A stretch of 64,000 nt of DNA. It comes from Eledone cirrhosa. Its lineage: Eukaryota. The position numbers and the translations under genes are program-made. Of this stretch, positions 56,301-64,000 are shown in pieces (positions within the stretch are counted from its first letter, which is position 1; each line of letters starts with the position of its first letter). The notes under the pieces were generated by a model. The model did not search any database. It was not told the DNA's origin and was given only the letters and a program-made list of their open reading frames with translations. The stretch spans positions 17,112,001 to 17,176,000 of the forward strand of contig OZ024745.1 of the NCBI GenBank assembly GCA_964016885.1. The letters run 5' to 3'.

Positions 56301-56716
56301 GTCCGAGATGCGCGCAGGGCGACGAAACCGTCCTGCACGCACTCGTCCAGTGTCCGAGCATTGCTGACTTGTGGGTTTATGTCGAACACCTGCTGTCACG
56401 TGTAGGACGGATCCGGCTATCAGCTGAGTCCATCGTGAGGATTGCCCCGCCCCCTTCCTTTAGCCTGGAAGGGCAGGCAGTTTTTATCTGTCTGGTGGCC
56501 ATGGCGAAAGAGATAGTATGGTGGATACGTTTGAAAGGGCTGAAGACGAGCACTTACCTCTTCGGTGATGCCCTGATTAACTTTTTCAAATTTCATTTGA
56601 AAAGGAAAATCAGGGTAGAGAGGGAAGTGCTCTCTTCCCAGCATTTTGTTGAAAGATGGGTGAGAGAAGCAAGTATGGCCCGAATGAATGGGCCTTCTCT
56701 GAGTATGTGTCTGTAA
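53303..56716 (+). CDS. ORF2: AP-endonuclease + RT + C-terminal zinc finger, 1137 aa
   Basis: VAISET, VYAP, GDWN, SYLDRV, TDH; KSPGLDGLP, FRPITLLN, DQSKAFDRV, VRQGCPLS, AYADD; CPRC...ETVLHAL..C. Confidence 0.93.
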   Translation: MTSFRIGSINGLGSSWKQGHLLNDLRSLNIDVVAISETRISEAQDFAPIFGGYDVYASPSRPGSGGGVAVLFRRGLDLAIRAIFLDPEGKLVVLDVTSGDGQAFRLVAVYAPTGAGRPDFFRRLETFLGTSRSLVLVGDWNGILDARWDCVGLVDREGGCKSLTNLLRRFELSDRYRMDFPNVPMWTWTNRIGSSRSYLDRVFCREIDRSSIGCPQFKIVSYTDHKFVICVLDLDRLHRRGPGYWKLNASLPARKAYRDRISELVKRALTGAIVNNKWWFALKRAIRIESIRFSKTLAIEKNRAEGELVRKLDEALSKGIATDVLAAKLALDQFFNAKYEGCVVRARVRALRHEGTKAVQWARVAEARRGNKATIRSLVDHDGRMLLDPGQMCEAFQRHFAQLFGGSGGPDRGMDFSVYLDGLPRLSATEEECCEKPITTAEVRDEMTSCTRGKSPGLDGLPYELYVQMPNLFGGLLADVYCNWQQNERIPSSVSRGAVALLRKDPNKGDNIDNFRPITLLNTEFKILAKVLAKRLALVVGGQVGEAQTCAIPDRSIHDNLHLMRYIVERVAREPGTGGSLINLDQSKAFDRVDHRYLTAVLRAAGFGPVFRGWIAAMHSDICSVVRVNGHLSEPFNIMRSVRQGCPLSSLLYVLTLEPLLHKLETLRGVPRELGCGRSVSAYADDVTVVVSNAKHIEAIGTTLREYEAVTGAMINQEKSVGLQLGTWRGRSMSSNSVVGRWMDGPVKLLGVWFGPDLQTDKNWDEVTSRVASLTQKWAERKLSMKGRAEVANAYIASVIYYRLTVVPCPKPRLTALERLLFRFLWKGRAPMVRGSICCQHPLRGELGMPWLMMRRHALRLRHLHLFLDGDQVWSPFARHVFPQLVPLTELQSWVKRRPRGSAWRLECLQALTALDQSGNVIGGNSTLAFYRGLVEGKSDDVLGETLGVDENQLANLFGRTFGPGPMDNFQKCLAWQCYRGALPVRDKLYRHGGAVSRACPRCAQGDETVLHALVQCPSIADLWVYVEHLLSRVGRIRLSAESIVRIAPPPSFSLEGQAVFICLVAMAKEIVWWIRLKGLKTSTYLFGDALINFFKFHLKRKIRVEREVLSSQHFVERWVREASMARMNGPSLSMCL

Positions 56717-56978
56717 ATTAAAGGTGGAAAACTGGGAGAGGGCACTTGCCCTGGTGGTCAGGGCCACTGTGGTCTTTTAATGGGCTTTCTCCACAAATGT
56801 CCCTTGGAAGTCTCCCCCCTATTGGGGAATTTTTCTTTGTTATTTTATTTCAACCTCTGTTTTTTTACACGCAGAAATGCCCATTTGTACCGTCCTGTAT
56901 TGTCCTGTACTGTCCTTAATGTCTACTTTATGTGAACCCTTGTGGTTAATAAAGAAAACATTATTATTATTATTATTA

Positions 56979-59635
56979 CAGTTGCATTTATCTTGCTTTA
57001 TGTTCATACGAGTTATCACCAAGTCACAACCAGTGACCTCAAGAGACAACAAGGTCCGCCATGTTCAAGAAAGAACATACATACTCACACATGCATCTTT
57101 AGTGTTTAGACTTGTGATGTACTTATATTGACAGAATCTTCCTTAGTATATGGGCAGTTCCCATTAGTACTATCTTTTGTATTTCTCCTATACGCGGGTT
57201 TCCTGGGATTTGCGATAAGTAATCATTAGCCCCCTTAGGTATCATTCCCAGAGCGCCTACAACCACTGGTATTGTTTTAGTTCTCAATTTCCACATTTTT
57301 CCAATTTCTATCTCCAGGTCCTTATACTTGCTCAATTTTTCAAATGTTTTTATAGATACATTCTTGTCTATTGGAACAGACATATCAATTAGCAGGCATA
57401 CCCTCTTTTGAAAGTCTTTCAATATTATATCAGGTCTGTTTGCATCTATTTTTCCGTCTGTTTGGATGCTAAAGTTCCACAAGATTGAGATGTGATCTTT
57501 TTCAAGTATGGGAGGTGGTTGATGCTCCCACCAATTCTTTTGATGGGGCAGGTCAAAATGCTTACACATATCCAATGTATGTATTGTGCAGCTCTATCAT
57601 GCCTGTTTAGGTATTCGGTTGGAGCTATAGGACTGCACATTGAAATTATATGGTCAATGGTCTCTGGTTGTTTTTTGCATACACGGCATAGTGGGCTGCA
57701 CCCATTTTTTATTATGTTGGCTTGGTAATTTTTTGTTGGCAGACACTGATCTTGTGCCGATATAATCAGTCCTTCAGTCTCCGATTTCAGTCCAGAGGAT
57801 GCCAACCACTGATGGGTTAAAGTTTTGTCAACATCAGGATTGTTAGCTCGCTCTGGGTATTTTCCATACAGAGGTTTTTCTTGCCATTTCTTAGCCAGTT
57901 TCTGTAGCAGTTCTTTCTTTGCAGTTACTTTTAGCTGCTTTGCTTTTTCTGTTTTCCATTTCAGCAGTAAATGGGACTTCTGAAATTTGTAGTCCATTAC
58001 TGTATCTTTGTGCATCTTTTGTAATGGAATATGATCTTTTGATGCTTTCGTGTTTCAAAACGAGTTTGATCATCCAATCATGTGATTCCCTTAGATATGT
58101 AGATAATCCAATTGTTGCAGTTTTCAACGCAATGTCTAACTGGATTAACCCACGTCCTCCTTCTTTCCTAGGGAGATATATTCTATCTATATCTGCCTTA
58201 GGGTGATGCATTCTGTGCATGGTTAAGAATTTTCGAATTTTTGTATCGAGCCTACGGATCTCTGTGCTTGACCAGTTGATGACATTGTAACTGTAGGTTA
58301 CTACTGGTATGGCAAGCGTGTTTATGGCATCGATCCTATTCCTTGCATTCAATTCCGTTCTTAAGATTGCTCTTACTCTGCGGTAACATTCCATCCTTAT
58401 CCTTTCCCTCATTGTCGAGTGCTTGATTCCGTCTCCTTCACAAACACCTAGATATTTGTAAGTTTTTTCTTGATCAAGTTCTCTTATCACGTTCCCCCGA
58501 TTAAGATTAATGTCTGAACTCTTCAGCACCTTTCCTCTGGTGAACGTTGCTTTGGCGCATTTATCTAGTCCAAACTCCATTTTAATGTCATCACTGAACT
58601 GCTTCACAGTGGATAATAGCCCTTGCAATTGTTCTTCATTTTTTGCAAATAGTTTCAGGTCATCCATGTAGAACAAGTGATTAATGGTTTTGTCATAGAC
58701 TTTATATCCATGTTTTGTTTCATTGAGCATTTTACTTAATGGTATAAGTACGATGCAGAATAAAAGCGGTGATATAGAGTCACCCTGAAAAATTCCACAA
58801 TTAATATTAACTTCTCCAGCTTCTGGTGATTTTGTTTCACTATTCAAAAGGAGTGTCGTTTTGCATGTCTTCATACTGAATGACAAACACCTCCTGACAC
58901 CGGGGGATATTTTGAAAATCTCTAAACATTTTTCAATCCAACTGTGTGGCAAACTATCGAATGCTTTTTTATAATCTATCCAAGCAATCGATAGATTTTT
59001 GTGTCTATTATGACAATCTTCCAGTATCATTTTGTTAACCAGAAGCTGATCCTTACAGCCATATGAGCCTCGTTTACACCCTTTCTGCTCAATGGGAAAT
59101 AGGTCATTTGTTATCAGGTGGTCATATGTGTATTCAGTTAGGACTGATGTTAACATTTTATAAATTGTGGTCAAGCAAGTTATCGGTCTGTAATTTTTGG
59201 GATTGTTTGTCTCATCATTCTTCGGAAGCAGGAATGTAATGCCGTTAACTAGCCATGAAGGTATCTTTTCTGGCTCCTTAACTATTTCATTGTAAAGTTG
59301 GGCTAACAGCTCATGCGACTCTGTGAAGGCATTTATCCAAAAGTTTTGTATTTTGTCTTTTCCTGGGGATTTCCATTTGCTGGTTTTTCTTAGTGACAAG
59401 CGCAACTGTTCAACTGTTATATTTTCCCATGTTTGTTCCTCAAGGTGAGCTGTATCTTTCATTTGTCTGTCTGTCCATGGGGCATGTATGTTATGAACTT
59501 TTTCTTCGGCCCAGATCTTTTCCCAGAATTCTTGCACTTCCTCCTTGGGTGGTATTGATTTAGCAGTTATTGTTGACTTACCAATTTTTCTGTAGAAGTT
59601 TCTTTGGTTGTTTTTGAACATATTATTGTCCTTAT
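56979..59635 (-). mobile_element. 5'-truncated, frameshifted second copy of the R4/Dong-like element
   Basis: Near-identical to 45060-47715; small deletions at about 57570 and 57950 split the ORF; shares the (TAA)n tract with the Tx1 tail. Confidence 0.9.
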
Positions 59636-59636
59636 T

Positions 59637-62600
59637 GGCTACCTACGTAGGTAATCGTATTATCGTGAGCTCCGCAAAGGTTTGTTGTTTTCAGTTGTTT
59701 CAAATTGCCAGTTATGGAAAATGTTTGTTGTTAAGTGTTTAGAAGTTCACATATATTGCTTTCTGAAAAGAACACAAAAAATATTGGGGCCTTCAGGTCA
59801 AAACTTAAACTTTTTATTTATCAAACAAAATATTTCTTTGAAAAAAAAACATTGACGACAAATTTACTGTTTTTAACAGACCAACACCCCCTCTCCCACC
59901 ACCACCATCACCAACACCATTGTAAGACTTCCTACGGTTCCCAACACTGAATATATAATTAATAGCAGTCAGAATTATGTAGAATTGCCGCATAAAGACA
60001 TCGATTTCCCGCCATTACCAATAACTGCAGGTGTTAAAGCCGCCACAATGTCAAAAAGAACAACGAACATCACTGACACCACCACCACCACAGCGACCAC
60101 AGAGACCCCAAAAAATAAATTATTATCTCGTGACATCAAAATGGATTCACCCTGAATCGACTCATCCACGCTGAACACCACTAATACCACCACCACCTCC
60201 ACCACAACTGAAACTAAAAATAAAAATAACAACAACAGCAACAACAGCAATGAGAATAACAACAACAAAATCAACACCACCGAAAAACAAAATGTGTCGT
60301 TTGCCAAAGCAGCCAAGAAAAGCGAAACAATCGAGGTAAGCCAGGATGAATTAAATAAAGCCAAGTGAATGGTAAAAAAAGATGGGTACATGGTCAGACC
60401 CCCCCCCCCCCACCTAATAAAATGGACCATCGGCGCCTATGCACCGTGTCTTATCGGACTATAAACACAAAACACGCCGAGTGGAACGGGCATCCGAATC
60501 CCAAGTACAAAAAGCTTTGGGACATTGAGGGCAAAAAACCCACATCAGACATGGGCAGAAATATGGAACCGTGGAGGTGTTCTTTGGAACACCACAAGAA
60601 GCCAGAAAGCACTCCATGGCACCATTAGGAAGCGACGACTTCACACTCGTCCCAAGCTATTGTGGCTAGAGACTCGTGAAGATCAGGGTGACCCGCGTTC
60701 CACCGGCCATCAAAATTCGCTGGCTAATGGCTTCCATTCTCATCGTCATCGAGACCAACACGAAAATAATTGAAATAACAAAAGAAAACCAGGAGGACTG
60801 GTCCGTATCTGGGATGGAGCTCCTGACCCAAGCGGACCAAAAAAGCATTGAGGAAATCCAGAGGTGATAGACCTCACTGACAGCAGCCACCTCACCATAA
60901 TCGTTGTGGGTAGATGGCCTAGGTGTGTTGTTTGTAATTAAGGAACCCACGTAAAGGCTTTCTGCCATCAGGCTAAAAAGTAGAGGCCGCCTCTCTTACC
61001 CACCCAAGTGACTCAACCTTCAAAACAACCAGCAGCAGAAATGGCAGCAACAACTGTAGCAGCAAAAACAGAAGCAACTGTAGCAGCAACAACCCCAGCA
61101 ACAGTAGCAAAACCAACACCACCACCACCCACCGAGCCAAAACTAGTACCAGCGCCTAGACCATCCACCTACGCCACAACCAAAACCGACGCCTGTGGTG
61201 GATTTTCCACTCCCCGACCTATCGCAACTGGAGACAGATTGTGACGACGAGGAGCGGGAAACTGTATCAGGAGTAAAGAAAAAAGAAAAAGAACCCTAAA
61301 AAGAAAAAAATCTCCATCCTTCCCCCTCCAAAATCAAAATACAGGGGGGAAACAAATAAACTAACAAACAAAAAGGTTAGGACAGCTATCCCACCATCCA
61401 CACTAGCCTCACCAACCCCATCACCACAAACACCAACACCATCACCATCATTAACCCCAACACCACCATCACCAACACCACAAAAGTCACCAAAAAAGCG
61501 AAACAGAAACAAACCCACAACAAACGCAAACAAACCAAAACAACCAAAATGATACACACTACACAGCATTAAATTTAAACAAAAACCAATTATTACACTA
61601 CATCCAACACAACAACATCACAGAAAAAGACTACACAACACCCCAAAAATTCACACGACCTCCACACATACAAATCACCCGCATCACAGAGAAAACGTAC
61701 ACGACACTAAAACAAAAATTCCCCATGGCCATCTGGGACTTCCGACAAGCACTCTCCAGGAGCATTTATAGGGACATCCTTGCGGAGGAGGCCACAACCA
61801 GTGAGAAATATGGAGCAACCATCCTTCCTCTACGAGAAGTAATGGTAAGTGGTCTTTCCCATATTTTCCTCTCATTTTCAACATGACCTCACTCAGAATA
61901 GGCAGCATAAATGCGCGTGGCTTGGGGTCGTCATGGAAGCAGGGCCTCCTGCTCAACGACCTCAGGTCACTAAACATAGATGTGGTGGCGATCAGCGAGA
62001 CAAGAATCTCCGAAGCACGGGCCTTCGCACCGATCTTCGGCGGCTACGATGTGTACTCATCTCCTAGCCGTCCTGGATCGGGAGAGGAGTTGCTGTGCTT
62101 TTTCGGAGAGATTTGGATCTCGCTATACGGGCCATCTTCCTGGACCCAGAAGGTAAGTTGGTTGTGCTGGACGTGATCAGCGGAGACGGGCAAGCTTTCA
62201 GGCTAGTGTCCGTCTATGCCCCGACAGGAGCAGGGCGGCCTGATTTCTTCCGGCGTCTGGATACCTTTCTTGGGACGTCCCGGTCGTTAGTGTTAGTGGG
62301 CGACTGGAACGGGATCTTAGATGCACGCTGGGACTGTGTGGGATTAGCGGATAGGGGAGGAGGGTCCAAAAGCCTCACCAACCTGCTCAGGCGTTTTGAA
62401 CTGTCTGACAGGTACCGATTGGATTTCCCGAATGTGCCAATGTGGACACGGACTAACTGTATTGGGTCATCCAGATCATTTCTAGATAGAGTATTTTGTA
62501 GTGAAATAGATAGGTCTAGCATAGGCTGTCCACAATTCAAGATAGTCAACTACAGGGACCACAAATTCGTGATCTGTGTAGTTGACTTAGGCTTCATATA

Positions 62601-64000
62601 CAAGGACCCGTCTACTAGAAGCTAAACGCGTCGTTACCAGGGCGCAAGACCTACAGAGGCCGGATTAGCGAACTAGTTAAGCGGGCGTTGACGGGCGCCA
62701 TCGTCAACAACAAGTGGTGGTTTGCTCGGAAAAGAGCGATTAGAATATAATCCATTAGGTTTAGTAAGGCTTTAGCAATAGAGAAAAATAGAGCAGAGGA
62801 GAACTAGTTAGAAAATTAGACGAGGCGCTTAGCAAAGGCATCGCGACCGACGTACTTGCGGCGAAATTGGCCCTTGACCAATTCTTCAATGCAAAGCACG
62901 AAGGCTGCGTTGCCCGAGTGGCGGAGGCGCGTCATGGCAACAAAGCCACGATCCGGTCTTTGGTGGAGAACAACGGGAGCATACTACACGATCCCGGGCA
63001 AATGTGTGAAGCTTTTCAGCGACACTGCGCTGTTCGAGGCAGCGGCGGGCCGGATCGAGGGATGGACTTTAGTGTCTACCTCAACGGACTGCTGCGGCTG
63101 TCAGCCACTGAGGCAGAGTATTGCGAAAAGCCGATAATAGCAGCTGAAGTACGGGAGGAAATGATTGGCTGCACAAGGGGTAGATCGCCTTGTTTGGATG
63201 GTCTGCCCTATGAATTTTACGTACAGATGCCAGACTTATTCGGAGGCCTCTTGGCGGACGTCTACTGCAACTGGCAACAGAACGGGAGAATTCCCAGCTC
63301 TCTGTGAGCCGAGGAGCGCTGCGCTGCTGAGAAAGGATCCGAACAAAGGGGATAAAATGGATAATTTCAGTCCCATAACTCTGCTAAACACAGAGCTCAA
63401 GGTTTTGGCCACGGTGCTAGCAAAGAGGTTGGCGCTTGTCGTTGGTGGTCTGGAGGGAGAGGCGCAGACATGGGTAATTTCTGACAGATCCATCCACGAC
63501 AATCTCCACCTCATGTGATACATCGAGGAGAGGGTAGCTAGGGAACCTGGCACGGGTGGGTCCTTGAGAAAATTAGATCAGCCGAAAGCTTTCGATAGGG
63601 TCGACCATCGTTATCTGGCGGCAGCCCTGAGGGCGGCTGGCTTTGGGCCCGTCTTCAGAGGGTGGATCGCTGTCATGTACGGCAAAATCTGCTCTGTGGT
63701 GAGAGTGAACGGTCACCTTTCGGAACCGTTCAACAAATGCGCTCGGTCCGCCAAGGATGTCCCCTCTTGTACGTATTGACTCTCGAGCCATTACTACACA
63801 AACTGGAGCCGTTGAGGGGAGGGGGCCGTGAACAGGAGTACGGAAGATCCATGTCAGCATATGCGGACTATATCACCGTAGTGGTGTCGGACGCCAAACA
63901 CATCGAGGCGATAGGCAATACACTATGAGAATACGAATCGGTGACAGGAGCAATGATCAACCAGGAAAAGTCGGTGGGCCTGCAGCTCGGCACCTGGAGA
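59637..64000 (+). mobile_element. Degenerate second Tx1-like copy (runs off the window end)
   Basis: Same 5' terminus; fragmented ORF1 and ORF2 homologous to 51301-55490 with many stops and indels. Confidence 0.9.

Larger units (their letters stand above)
51092..56978 (+). mobile_element. Full-length Tx1-like (L1 clade) non-LTR retrotransposon flanked by (TTA)n
   Basis: 5' UTR, ORF1, ORF2, AATAAA at 56948; (TTA)n at 51059-51091 and 56961-56978. Confidence 0.88.

Overview
AT-rich eukaryotic repeat-dense DNA with no recognisable host protein-coding exon. The tRNA-derived SINEs and the very abundant (TA)n/(CA)n tracts suggest a cephalopod (octopod-like) genome; this is inference only. Bases 1-43.5 kb are a (TA)n microsatellite landscape colonised by Penelope-like elements (PLEs). 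These include one apparently intact 740-aa RT + GIY-YIG ORF of probable Naiad type, two fragments, and many short non-coding relatives. At least 12 near-canonical and about 4 degenerate type I hammerhead ribozyme motifs can be folded by eye. Several TA-flanked fold-back palindromes occur, including a 4-copy family built from a mirrored half-hammerhead. Bases 44.7-64 kb are a cluster of non-LTR retrotransposons: an intact R4/Dong-like RT-RLE element, a truncated second copy, an RT-less internally deleted relative, and two Tx1-like (L1 clade) elements. Both families abut (TTA/TAA)n in opposite orientations. All calls come from manual reading; no searches or folding programs were run.
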